Below are positions 24,711-35,545 of a stretch of DNA of 36,239 bases, piece by piece. Made by a program: the position numbers and the translations under genes. Every line of letters starts with the position of its first letter. Position 1 is the first letter of the stretch. The stretch lies in contig NC_069006.1 in NCBI RefSeq assembly GCF_001194135.2, positions 21,923,237 through 21,959,475 of the forward strand, read 5' to 3'. A model generated the notes under the pieces. The model was not told the DNA's origin. It was given only the letters and a program-made list of their open reading frames with translations, and did not search any database. Origin of the DNA: Octopus bimaculoides (Eukaryota).

Positions 24711-25718
24711 CTCTTTCATGTATGTATTACACACACACACACACACACATATACATACACACACACACATATAAAGAGTAAGACGACAATTATATACACC
24801 AGAAGCAGTAAAGACCGGTAAAACAGCTATCTTTTGTCATTAGTTCACTGCAGTATAAATGTTAGCAATAATCTTTTAAAAAAAATGATAATGTAAAATC
24901 AAGAAAGCAACAGAAACTGCTTCAAGAAAGAAACAACAATTTCTCAAAGAAATATATTAATTTAGTTTCTTTATTTATTCAATTAGTCATTTGTTTGTTT
25001 TTTTCTTCTTTTCAAATGTGAAAACATTTGAGCTCATCTCTAGAGATCCAATTATTAAGAAAAAAACATCCATAAACCATAAATAATCTATTTATTCTTA
25101 TCAGATTTTTAACTATGCAAACCTAACTTATTCAAAATTAATCAACCAGTTTTGATATGATATAATATGCTGTGTGAATAGACAGAGATATTCATGTATG
25201 TATGTACATATGTATAAGTGTGAGAGTGTATTTATATGCGTATTTTGTGAATTGTGTTTTAAAAATGAGTACAAGGTGTCAAAATCACATTGATATCTGA
25301 TTGACAGCTGAGGAGGGGAGTTCCCCGACTTTGTTAAGTATGTTTTCCATTCTTGTTAGATACTATACTCACTGTCATTGATTTGTTTGAATTGTTTTAT
25401 TTAGGACAGTGAAGATCCTAATTTAATCTTGTTGTTTCATGGTAGAGTGTGAATTAGGGATAAGTTGGAAATTTTTTATACCAAGGTGGTCCTGGTTTGC
25501 AAATAGTTATAGCAGATATGAAACATGTATGTGTGCGTATATACATGTGTGTGTGTGTGTGTGTATGAATGTATGCAAATTCATATATTTCTAATCAGGC
25601 AAAACTTACAAAATTGACTCAAGAGGCTAAAGTTTTGCACATACCACGTAACAAATTCCATTTGTTCTCATATTATATGCATATATGAGTATGTATACAT
25701 ACATATACACACACATGT

Positions 25719-25767
<49 letters not shown>

Positions 25768-26277
25768 CATATATATGAATGAATATATATTACTATATGT
25801 ATATGAACACGCATACGTGTATAAATATATATGCATATACACATACATACACCAACACATTCATACACATGTAAGTATACATAAATACATACATCTCCCC
25901 CCCCCCAATATAAATATGAACTTGGCACTTGGCAAAAAACAAACCAAAACAAAAACAGTAAAACCGGAAATTACCCAATCAATAGACATAACACAGTGAT
26001 TGTTTCTAATTCATCTCAATTACTATTATTTGTGTAGATAAAAAAAAACAACAACATAAAACAATAATAATAATACAAAAATGACACACAGAAGATGAGG
26101 TTAATAGTCTACTGATTTGCACTGGTCACCATTCTTCTACAGAAATTACCATAATTTCTTATTTCTTCATAGTGCTACTGCCAGAGTTTTAGACTAATTT
26201 TAAACCATTTTAGCAAATTATTAGTAATATTGGTTTCAAATTTTGGCACAAGGCCAGCAATTTTTGGGAATATATAC

Positions 26278-26314
<37 letters not shown>

Positions 26315-26324
26315 CATATATATA

Positions 26325-26542
26325 TAGGAGTACTCCATCGGTTATGATGACAAGGGTCCCAGCTAATACAATCAATGGAACAGCTTGTTTGTGAAATTAA
26401 TGGTGCAAGTGGTTGAGCACTCCAAGGACATGTGTACACTTAACGTAATTTTCAGGGAGATTCAGCATGACACAGAGTGTGACAAGGCTGGCTCTTTGAA
26501 ATACAAGTACTACACATTTTTCCCAGCTGAGTGAACTGGAGC
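26325..26542 (-). mobile_element. SINE family F, truncated by an assembly gap
   Basis: gggagattcagcatgacacagagtgtgacaaggctggc...cagctgagtgaactggagc. Confidence 0.75.
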
Positions 26543-26811
26543 NNNNNNNNNNNNNNNNNNNNNNNNNNNNNNNNNNNNNNNNNNNNNNNNNNNNNNNNNN
26601 NNNNNNNNNNNNNNNNNNNNNNNNNNNNNNNNNNNNNNNNNNNNNNNNNNNNNNNNNNNNNNNNNNNNNNNNNNNNNNNNNNNNNNNNNNNNNNNNNNNN
26701 NNNNNNNNNNNNNNNNNNNNNNNNNNNNNNNNNNNNNNNNNNNNNNNNNNNNNNNNNNNNNNNNNNNNNNNNNNNNNNNNNNNNNNNNNNNNNNNNNNNN
26801 NNNNNNNNNNN

Positions 26812-26843
<32 letters not shown>

Positions 26844-26964
26844 ACATACGGAAACAAATGGAATTTGTTGAGTGTGGATGCGCAAAAGTCTTACCGCTTG
26901 GATCACTTTTGTAAATTTTCCCTGATTAAAGATATATATGTGAATTTGCATGCTTATATGTACA

Positions 26965-27310
26965 TATGCTGTGTCACTGGTTTGAAAGGTTTTAGTTGAG
27001 CAGATTGACCCCCAGTAATTATTTTTTAAATTTGGCACTCATTTTATTGGGTCCTTATTGTTGAACTGCTAAGTTATGAGGACATAAACAAACCAACACA
27101 AGTTGTCAAGTCAAGGAGTGGTGGTAAGGACAAACACACAAGATGTACACACATATGCACATATTTATATACAAGAGGTTTCCACACAGTTTCCATCAAG
27201 CAAATTCACTTACAAGGGATTGGTCAGGCCAGGATTAGAGTAGAATACACTGCTCATGGTGCCATGCAGTGGGACTGAACCTACAACCATGTGGTTGAAA
27301 AGGAAGCAGC
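26965..27310 (-). mobile_element. SINE: head A + tail module C
   Basis: Same arrangement as 22075-22440. Confidence 0.75.
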
Positions 27311-27411
27311 TTAGGAGAGGATGTTAGGCTTTCACTCGACCTTCTCTGATTTCTAGAAAAAAGAGACATGTGAGTCTCCATGTATCTTCTCATGGCACAA
27401 TATTTCTGATT

Positions 27412-27691
27412 CTGAGAGAGAGAGAGAGGGAGAGAGAGAGAGAGAGAGTGAGAGAGAGGGAGAGAGAGANNNNNNNNNNNNNNNNNNNNNNNNNNNNNNN
27501 NNNNNNNNNNNNNNNNNNNNNNNNNNNNNNNNNNNNNNNNNNNNNNNNNNNNNNNNNNNNNNNNNNNNNNNNNNNNNNNNNNNNNNNNNNNNNNNNNNNN
27601 NNNNNNNNNNNNNNNNNNNNNNNNNNNNNNNNNNNNNNNNNNNNNNNNNNNNNNNNAGTGAGAGAGAGTGAGAGAGAGAGAGAGAGAGAAA

Positions 27692-27735
<44 letters not shown>

Positions 27736-27748
27736 GTGAGATAGAGAG
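27412..27748. repeat. (GA)n tract with internal gap
   Basis: Direct inspection. Confidence 0.95.
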
Positions 27749-27809
27749 TATTGACTCCAATACTTGTACTTTAATAATTTACTCTTTAAAGGATGACAGA
27801 TATTTCAAA

Positions 27810-28135
27810 TTTTAACACAAGGCCAGCAAATTTAGGGGTAGGACATAAATTGATTCAACCAATGCAAGTGTTTAACTGATGTTTATTTTATCAACCCTGG
27901 AAGGATGAAAGGCAAAATCAATGTGAGGGGCATTCGAACTCAGAATGTAAAGCCAGAGGAAATACTAAAACGCATTTTGTCTATGATAACAATTCTGCCA
28001 ACACTGCCTTTCTCAAGAATGAAAGATAAAGGCAACCATGGCAGGATTTGAACTTAGAGTCCAGAAGGACAGACCCAAGTACCATGAGGTATTTGATCTA
28101 ATGCTCTAATTACCCTAACCAATTTGCTGCCATAT
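27810..28135 (-). mobile_element. SINE B copy plus a second partial head
   Basis: cacaaggccagcaaattt...gatgaaaggcaaa...ttcgaactcagaatg...aattctgcca. Confidence 0.75.
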
Positions 28136-28199
28136 ACCAACAGAGAGAATACCTAAATTTCTACAGATCGATTTTTAGATATAAATTTTTCTTCCCTTG

Positions 28200-28562
28200 A
28201 CACATCACCACACACACACATGCAAACATGCAAACACTAATACATACTTACACTCACACACACATATAAGCACATGCACACTAACAGACACACATTAAGA
28301 CAAATATACACCCACTCTATTACAAACATATCGAGTCATTCACATACACATATACACAAACACACACAGACGCTCACTCCCTAACCCACAAACACACACT
28401 CATCACACATACACTAACACACAAGCACATATACTCACCCATGCACACACACATTTACACAAACACATACATACTCACAACACGCACACACACATTCAGA
28501 AATGCACTAATAAGCACGCACACACACACACACACACACACATACATACACAGACATATATA
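28200..28562. repeat. Degenerate (CA)n-rich tract immediately upstream of the 28647 exon
   Basis: Direct inspection. Confidence 0.9.
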
Positions 28563-28646
28563 ATATAGAGGAGTAAAGTTAGCAAGTGAAGTGAAACTTA
28601 TCAAATCTGTTTGTAAATTTCTTAAATGTCTTGCATCTCTTCACAG

Positions 28647-28721
28647 TACGTTGAACTACAAAATACCAAAGTATTAACATTTTTCACCACAATGTCGGCT
28701 GGCTTTGATCATATTGCCAAA
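28647..28721 (+). CDS. Internal coding exon (phase 0-0, 75 nt) of an unidentified gene: YVELQNTKVLTFFTTMSAGFDHIAK
   Basis: Strong acceptor ttgcatctcttcacag|, consensus donor AAA|gtaagt, only one open frame, unique non-repeat sequence, retains CpGs. Confidence 0.7.
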
Positions 28722-29129
28722 GTAAGTATTCCTGGTGTCAAAGAACCATGTCTTGTTCCTCGTTGCATGACATCAAATAAAATAATGATCAAATATGGTG
28801 AAACTTAAAAAGCAATTCAAAAATTCTATGTACAGCGTTACTGCTGCTACTGCTGCTGCTGCAGCAATTATTGTTGTTGTTTAGCCCTAGGATACCCTTC
28901 ATTGAGCAGGAGTATGGAGAAAGATGGCCATGACTAGATTTCCCTGACTACATCATCCAGTCTGTCCTCCCCATTTTTAAGGGGTAGGGTGTGATTTGAT
29001 GGAGGTTTGGCTGCTGTTTCTAGGAAACTAGGCAACAAAGTTGAAAAGTCATGGGAAAACTGTGGCATGTGGGACTTTCTGAATGGCATCTGAGTTAGGA
29101 GATAAATATATATATAGATATATATATAT

Positions 29130-29305
29130 AGCTGTTTGACAGTTGGTGTGTTGTTTATGCCCTGTAATTTAATGGTTTGGTAAAAGATACTGATAGAATA
29201 AATTCCAGGCTTTAAAAAAAAGTACTGGGGTTGATTTATTTGACCAAAAATTCTACAAGTCAGTGCCCTAGCATGGCTGCAGTCTAATGACTGAAACAAG
29301 TAATA
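29130..29305 (+). mobile_element. SINE tail module C
   Basis: Reverse complement of the 22075-22260 type; ends gcatggctgcagtctaatgactgaaacaagtaa. Confidence 0.75.
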
Positions 29306-29519
29306 TATATNNNNNNNNNNNNNNNNNNNNNNNNNNNNNNNNNNATATATATATATATATATATAAAGGCCCTTGCAACTATACTGTATTCTCACCTGGA
29401 AAGCAACAATCTTTGACCAGAGAAACAGAAATAATGCTAGACAGAGATGCATGATTATAAATTGCAGCTACTGGTGAATTGGGTAAATTTTAAATATAGC
29501 AAATCCTAAAGTCAGTTAC

Positions 29520-29675
29520 ATTGACTCAAGTACTTGACTGGCACTTTATTTTACTAGCTCCAAAAGAATGAAAGGTGAAGCTGATCTCAGCAGAATTTGA
29601 ACTCGGAATGCAAAGAGCCTGAAGAAATGCTGCTAAGCATTTTGTCCCATGTTCTAACGATTCTGTTAGTTTGCT
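29520..29675 (-). mobile_element. SINE B
   Basis: gaatgaaaggtgaagctgatctcagcagaatttgaactcggaatg...ctaacgattctg. Confidence 0.75.
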
Positions 29676-29773
29676 ACTTTAAAATAAGTATAGATGAAGT
29701 AAAATTTGTAAAAGTTTTTAAAATAAGAGACAAATAAACTAACACTGAAAATATAAAATTAGATTTAGTCACT

Positions 29774-29945
29774 GGAATCAGAGAATCAGAAGAGAACTAC
29801 ACAATCAAATACTTAGGAGTGATAAAACTGATAAAGAAACAACATACAGAAACGAAAGTGAAAGTTAAAAAATTGCAGAAAAGTCAGACTAATGTTAAAA
29901 ACTGAATTCATTTCTAGAAATAAGATAAAGCTAACTGCAGTGAAG
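29774..29945 (+). mobile_element. R4/Dong-like LINE reverse-transcriptase remnant
   Basis: KYLGVIKLIKKQHTETKVKVKK / RKVRLMLKTEFISRNKIK resembles YKYLGxxExxxIKHxEMKEKxKKEYxRRVRxILKxxLxxxNKIxA of R4/Dong RTs. Confidence 0.55.
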
Positions 29946-30073
29946 AAAATGTTTTAGATAAGAGCAAAACAACAGTTGAAAAAGTACTGGCATTGATTTG
30001 ACTGNNNNNNNNNNNNNNNNNNNNNNNNNNNNNNNNNNNNNACTAAATTTGTAGCCTAGTACATATGTAACAA

Positions 30074-30104
<31 letters not shown>

Positions 30105-30105
<1 letters not shown>

Positions 30106-30455
30106 TGAGGCATTGAGGCAGCAGAACTGTTTAGCACACTGGACAATTGCTCAAATTGATCAGCTTTTTTCTGTATGTTATACATATTCCTAAGACCTGG
30201 AGCTTTGGTTATGTATTTGTCTGTATGTTTTTTTAAACATATCTAAAGCACCTTTATTATAAGGACTTTTTCTTTTTTCAGGTTCCATGTTCATGTTATC
30301 TCTCTTTTCAGATATTATTTTTATTATAGGTTGACTTTGCTCTTCATTCTTTTGGGGTCAATAAAATAAGTACCAGTTGAGCACTGGGGTCAATGTAATT
30401 GACTTACCCACTCCCTCAGAACTACTGGCCTTATGCCAAAATTTGAAACCATTAT
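30105..30455 (+). mobile_element. SINE B, interrupted by ~180 nt of unrelated sequence
   Basis: Head gaggcagcagaactgtttagcac at 30115; tail gttgactttgc...aagtaccagttgagcactggggtc...gccaaaatttgaaacc from 30329. Confidence 0.7.
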
Positions 30456-31574
30456 TATCAAATATTTTTTATTATTGACATAACTACCATCAAAAGTGTT
30501 CTACTTATGACCATTTTATCTTCTTATATATTGAGGGGTTACATTGTCCATTGTATTTTTTTTTTTTTTTGAAGATGGTAGTTTGTGGTTTGAGGGAGAT
30601 TTAACTGCTATTTTCAGTAGAATGAATGACTGTATAAAATATTGCTTATTGGTTTGATATGATGCAGTTTTATCTGGGAAGATGACACAATCTTTATAAA
30701 GTAGCATAAGTTTATACATACACACTCACACAGATATATATATATACACATATGCACACATGCACATATATACACACTCATATACAAATATGTATATGTA
30801 TATATACATATACAGGCACACATATATAGACACTCATACACATATATATATATACATACATATATACTCACTCATAAACAGATACACACACACATATATA
30901 CACACACACATATACACACTCACACACACACACATAAATATCAACTTCATAGTAAAGTCATGATTGGAAATAGATTGAACCAATTTTTTTTATGAAATTG
31001 ATACAAGTAGAATTTATCTTCATAAAGAATGGAAATAAAAGAGAAAATATAAAAATATAAAAAGAAAAGTTAAAAAGAAAGTAAGAAAACAAACAACTAC
31101 AAAAACCAAAAAAACAATCCCATCTTCAACAGACAAAGACGTGTGTCTTAATAGAAGAAATATTTTGTAATCTTAAAGGTTAGTTGAGAGCAGAAAGATG
31201 GCCATATGTTGGCTGTCAGAATATTTGACCTTACGTAAAAACAAACAGGCAGTCAGTGACATAAAAAAACCCAAAACAAAACAAAAAAAAAAACAAGCAA
31301 TTTTAGAGAGGTTACACTGGAACATGAAAGATAAAAAAGAAAATAAATAAAACACGTCAAAACTTAAGAAATATTTAGAGGTCTGTGATAAAATTGCTTC
31401 TGTGGTATTGGTATTGGAAGCTAATCTATGGTGTTAAAATCCTAAATTTAGCAGCAAAAATGACAAATGATTGTTTCAAATGATTCTTCAGTTTGTATCT
31501 GTTATGATTAGTAGTAAATAGTGTTACACTTTAAGGCTGGCTGGTGTTTGTGATGATGTTATGTGAGAGTTCAG

Positions 31575-31670
31575 TTACTCAACAACCATGGAGCCACTAC
31601 TATGTGGATGCAGGCATCACTTCCTGATCAATTTGATAACAACACACCTGAGACAGAAAGAAAGCATGTG
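31575..31670 (+). CDS. Candidate downstream exon (phase 0-0, 96 nt): LLNNHGATTMWMQASLPDQFDNNTPETERKHV
   Basis: GTG|gtaatg donor, weak acceptor gagagttcag|, open frame compatible with the 28647-28721 exon. Confidence 0.25.
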
Positions 31671-31694
31671 GTAATGTGGCACCTCTTAATAAAC

Positions 31695-31925
31695 TTAAGG
31701 TGGGAGATTGGTAGAATCCTTTACAGCATCAGATGAAATGCCTCATGTTGTATTTGCTCTAGCTCTCTTTACTCTGAGTTCAAATCCTGGGTAAGGTCAA
31801 CGTTATTTTTCATCTATTTTGCGTTGATAAAGTATCAAGCCAGTGCAGTGGATTGGTAGAGCATCAGATGAATGTCTTGTGGTAGCTATCCTAGGTCTGT
31901 GTGTTTTGGGTTCAAATTCCTGTCT
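31695..31925 (+). mobile_element. Two diverged SINE B-like heads in tandem
   Basis: attggtaga..gcatcagatgaa...gagttcaaatcc occurs twice. Confidence 0.55.
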
Positions 31926-31985
31926 AAACTTCTTTTGGTTTGAGAGAGGAAGAGAAAGATAAATGCAGAGAGAAAAGAGGTAGAA

Positions 31986-32846
31986 NNNNNNNNNNNNNNN
32001 NNNNNNNNNNNNNNNNNNNNNNNNNNNNNNNNNNNNNNNNNNNNNNNNNNNNNNNNNNNNNNNNNNNNNNNNNNNNNNNNNNNNNNNNNNNNNNNNNNNN
32101 NNNNNNNNNNNNNNNNNNNNNNNNNNNNNNNNNNNNNNNNNNNNNNNNNNNNNNNNNNNNNNNNNNNNNNNNNNNNNNNNNNNNNNNNNNNNNNNNNNNN
32201 NNNNNNNNNNNNNNNNNNNNNNNNNNNNNNNNNNNNNNNNNNNNNNNNNNNNNNNNNNNNNNNNNNNNNNNNNNNNNNNNNNNNNNNNNNNNNNNNNNNN
32301 NNNNNNNNNNNNNNNNNNNNNNNNNNNNNNNNNNNNNNNNNNNNNNNNNNNNNNNNNNNNNNNNNNNNNNNNNNNNNNNNNNNNNNNNNNNNNNNNNNNN
32401 NNNNNNNNNNNNNNNNNNNNNNNNNNNNNNNNNNNNNNNNNNNNNNNNNNNNNNNNNNNNNNNNNNNNNNNNNNNNNNNNNNNNNNNNNNNNNNNNNNNN
32501 NNNNNNNNNNNNNNNNNNNNNNNNNNNNNNNNNNNNNNNNNNNNNNNNNNNNNNNNNNNNNNNNNNNNNNNNNNNNNNNNNNNNNNNNNNNNNNNNNNNN
32601 NNNNNNNNNNNNNNNNNNNNNNNNNNNNNNNNNNNNNNNNNNNNNNNNNNNNNNNNNNNNNNNNNNNNNNNNNNNNNNNNNNNNNNNNNNNNNNNNNNNN
32701 NNNNNNNNNNNNNNNNNNNNNNNNNNNNNNNNNNNNNNNNNNNNNNNNNNNNNNNNNNNNNNNNNNNNNNNNNNNNNNNNNNNNNNNNNNNNNNNNNNNN
32801 NNNNNNNNNNNNNNNNNNNNNNNNNNNNNNNNNNNNNNNNNNNNNT
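31986..32846. other. Largest assembly gap (N run); other gaps at ~8926-9379, 10784-10884, 15590-15700, 26543-26810, 27470-27657
   Basis: N runs, mostly flanked by microsatellites; exons could be hidden in them. Confidence 0.99.
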
Positions 32847-33204
32847 TGTCTGTGCCAATCAGAAAAAAAAAATATGAGACAAATATATTCAAGCTTTCAA
32901 AGTAACTAACTGCAAGTCAAGACGATAAATAAAATAAAAATAAAGTGCAGCAGCAGCAACAACAAAGACCACACAAAAACCAAAAACAAAAGCAGCAGAG
33001 ATCATTTGATTAAGTTTTTATCTATGTTAATGGCAAGTTCAATGTAATCATTATGTCTAGACACAAAAATATTCTATTTTTATCTTATCTCATTATTTCA
33101 GCAAAAAATTTTATTCCTTTATGTTTGGACAATTCTCGAGAATTTAGCAATAATGTGTTAAGTTTTCGTGTTGTATCGTTATATCGTAGTATCGTATCAT
33201 ATCA

Positions 33205-33402
33205 TATCAGCTCCTCCTCCTCCTCTGCCTCTTCTTTCATCCTCCTCCTGTTCTACCTCCCTCCACCTCCTCCTCCTCCTCATCTTCACTTCTTATTCTT
33301 CCTCCTCCTCCTCCTCACTTCTCTGTGATTCTTCATACAGCTTAACTTGTTATAATTATCTATAAATTGCTGCTGCTGCTGCTGCTGCTACTACTACTAC
33401 TA
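33205..33402. repeat. (CCT)n / (GCT)n / (ACT)n trinucleotide tracts
   Basis: Direct inspection. Confidence 0.9.
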
Positions 33403-33879
33403 AAGTATCTTTGCAAGACATTAATGAAATGCATAAATAATTAAACCATATTTTGAGTATAGTAGTGGTAGGAGTACTTGTAGTAGTATTAGTAATAATA
33501 GCAATAGTATGGTTGTAACATGTAATTCTGTGACCATGTTTTTTTTTAAATAATTCAATAATTTCTAAATGGTTTTTATTTTTCCTTTTTATTTTTGCCA
33601 AAATTAAACCACTCCTTGCCCCTCCTACTCCTCCCCCTCCACACTCACAACCCCCCCCCTGCCCCCACCACCCTGCAGGCAAAACAAAAGAACAAAAATC
33701 ATGGAATGAAAAATAAATTCTATTCATTTCAAATTAACTAAGAAAAATAAGTAAATGAATAAAACAAATGAATAAATAAATAAATAAATATGTGTTTGAT
33801 TGGCTTTTTCCAGACTTCACTCTTAGTCTCAGAAATATTGAAATCAAGAAACTATTTAGCCTTATACATTTATTATCAC

Positions 33880-34335
33880 CATCATCATTGTTTTAACATC
33901 CACTTTTTCATACTTGCATGGGTTGGACAGTATTTGCTGAGGTGAATTTTTTATGGCTGGACACCCTTCCTGTTGCCAGCTCTTACTTGTTTTGAAATAA
34001 GGTTCCCCACAGCCAGACATAATTTCATGGTGGACTGGGAATAAAGGACAGACTGCATGCTGGTGACACACGGAACTACCACATAATGTCAAGGCAAAGA
34101 GATGACACATACACACCACACATATACAGTTACACACACAAGCGTGCGCATGTGTGTGAGTGTGAAAGTTTGTGTGTGGAAGAGGCTTCTTTCAATTTCT
34201 GTCTGCCAAATCCACTCACAAGGCTTTGGTCAGCTTAGGGCTATAGTAGAAGACACTTGCCCATGGTGACTTGTAGTGGGACTGAACTTGAAACCATGTG
34301 GTTGGGAAGCAAACTCCTTACCACACAGGTACACC
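33880..34335 (-). mobile_element. SINE: head A + (CA/TG)n linker + tail module D
   Basis: catacttgcatgggttggacag...then cactcacaaggctttggtc...gtagaagacacttgccc...gggactgaacttgaaaccatgtggttgggaagc. Confidence 0.85.
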
Positions 34336-34449
34336 TATACAGAAAGTAAATAAAAAATTAAAATGCAAAACCATTAGCAAGGAAGGATTTTTGCATGAAA
34401 TCCCACTTCATTCCTGCAGATAACATATAGCATTATATATATATTCCAA

Positions 34450-34650
34450 CTAAGGCAGCAAACTGGCAGAACTGTTAGCAAGCTGGGTAAAATGCTTAAC
34501 AACATTTTATCTGTCTTTATGTTCTGAGTTCAAATGCTGCTGAAGTTGACTTCACATTTCGTCCTTTCAGGATCAATAAAATAAGTACCAGTTGAGCACT
34601 GGGGTAGATGTAACCAACTAACACTCTCCTCTTGTGCCAAATTTTAAAGC
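34450..34650 (+). mobile_element. SINE B, near full length
   Basis: ctggcagaactgttagc...ttctgagttcaaat...aagtaccagttgagcactgggg...cttgtgccaaatttt. Confidence 0.85.
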
Positions 34651-34683
<33 letters not shown>

Positions 34684-35009
34684 TAACTGTCTTATATTTA
34701 TAAAAAATATCATTAAAAGGACACCTTACATTTTCATTTCTTTAATACATATAATTACATTTCGACAATATCTGAAATTACATTTTCTCTGAATATTTAA
34801 TAAATTGTTCTAAACTGAGACCTTATTAGATTACACATAATTTAAAGTGGTCTTCAAGGATTTTCTCCCTGAGTTTTCTAATTCCTTCCCTGGAGTCTAT
34901 TTATGCATTTACCATGAAATTAAAAACTAAGCACCTACACTTGTCGGTTATCTGGTGGCTGTTGAAGATATATTTACATTTTCTACAATGATACTGACAC
35001 TCATGCAAG

Positions 35010-35455
35010 CAAAACAGAGACATGGTTGTGTGATCAAGAAGTCTGCTTTGCAACCATATGAGTTTTGGGTTCAGTTCCACTGCATGGCACTTTTGGGCTG
35101 ACCAATACATTGGAGTGAAATATAGAAGAGAGAAACTGTACAAAAGCCTGTATATACGATGGACTCTCCTGTTGAAGATGACAAATGAACATTCAGCTTT
35201 TGCCGAACGACCTTTGCAAATGATTTGCTTAGAGTGATCAAATGTTCGTGCTGCACATTAGCTCACCCTCTCCAACAAATTGATGTTATCTGAACAGGTG
35301 CACAGTGCACCACATGTTAGGTGTCGAAGTCATCACAGAGCAACATGAGATGAAGTGTTTGTCTCAAGTACACAATGCACCACCCAGTCTAGGAATTGAA
35401 ATCATGATTGCTAGATCATGAGTGCAACACCCTAGCCTCTGAGCCATGTGCTCTC
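35010..35455. mobile_element. Tail-to-tail SINEs: head A(+) from 35010 and F-like SINE(-) ending ~35455
   Basis: gggttcagttccactgcatggcac (+); the reverse complement gcacatggctcagaggctagggtgttgcactcatg...atttcaattcc is a tRNA-like head (-). Confidence 0.7.
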
Positions 35456-35496
35456 ACAGAAAAGCCTCTGTATGTATGTATGTATGTATGTTTGTA

Positions 35497-35545
<49 letters not shown>

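Noticed and set aside
946-29945. All four LINE remnants are on the + strand, the same as the candidate gene
   Set aside because: Four observations are too few to claim an orientation bias.
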